Below, piece by piece: positions 63,372-64,000 of a stretch of 64,000 bases of DNA. The translations under genes and the position numbers were made by a program. The notes beneath the pieces are model-generated. The model was not told the DNA's origin, did no database searches, and worked only from the letters and a program-made list of their open reading frames with translations. This DNA is from Psammoneis japonica (taxonomy: Eukaryota). Each line of letters begins with the position of its first letter. Positions within the stretch are counted from its first letter, which is position 1. The DNA is taken from positions 1-64,000 of the forward strand of contig QPGO01000215.1 in NCBI GenBank assembly GCA_008632985.1, written 5' to 3'.

Positions 63372-64000
63372 TGGGCATTGTTGATGGTTGGCAACTGCAA
63401 ACAGTGCTTTGCATTTCAAAAAAGCATCAGAGCATGCCATTGTTGGAACACACGCAATTTCGGAAACAGACGACAAAACCCTCAGCATTCACCCAATTCA
63501 TGCAGTTGACAAGGCCACAAGAATTGAAGGAGTCAGCTTCATTCGTCGATGTGCGGGTCCAGAAACCACCGGGGCCACGGGTCAAGGCAGGTCTGTCAAT
63601 TTGGCACGCTTCTTTTGAAAGAAAAAAACTTCCATGGATTTTTCGGATCGCAACTCTCAACTTCTCTTGTGAAGTCTAAGACCTTGTCCCTTTCTGTTTC
63701 TGGAAGTGTTTCCCAAATTTCCTGTTCCGTGACTCCCAAATGCATGGCTTCCTGGTCGGATGGTTTTCCCAGCCAATCCCCCCTGTCTTGTTCTGTGATT
63801 TTGAGCAACGTTTGGCATGTCGTAATTTCGTCCAACGCCGTTTCGTGAGTCATCAATTGAGTCAGTGCGCATTCTTCTATGTGCTCCAAGTTGCGCACGA
63901 CTTGTGAGAGGGACCACAGGTTGCATGGGACTGTGATGCGACACCTTTCAAACTTGGTTTGCAACAAGGACAGCATCATCTCTTTTGGGTTTTCGTGGAA

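Overview
This is eukaryotic repeat-dense heterochromatin, probably from a diatom (inferred from CoDi-type Ty1/copia motifs). I recognise no host gene. The scaffold is a 23-bp satellite (consensus TTTCAAGGAAAACAAACATGTCG/T) in arrays of both orientations. It is interleaved with: one full-length copia LTR retrotransposon (26209-32872), several fragments of a second copia family, a LINE with RT and RNase H, a Plavaka-like DNA transposase with neighbouring ORFs, three MITE families with clear TIRs and TSDs, and a repeatedly duplicated and inverted composite carrying a ~410-bp tandem unit. The main signal is a pervasive, targeted TpA -> TpG/CpA hypermutation, a 'reverse-RIP'. TpA is almost absent. 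Conserved Tyr residues are systematically Cys or His. The two LTRs of one element differ mostly by reciprocal CA/TG doublets. Surviving TpAs are enriched next to CpG (TACG/CGTA), and one Harbinger-like MITE still retains many TpAs. All counts were made by eye. Most ORFs in the supplied track are artefacts of the loss of TAA/TAG stops.
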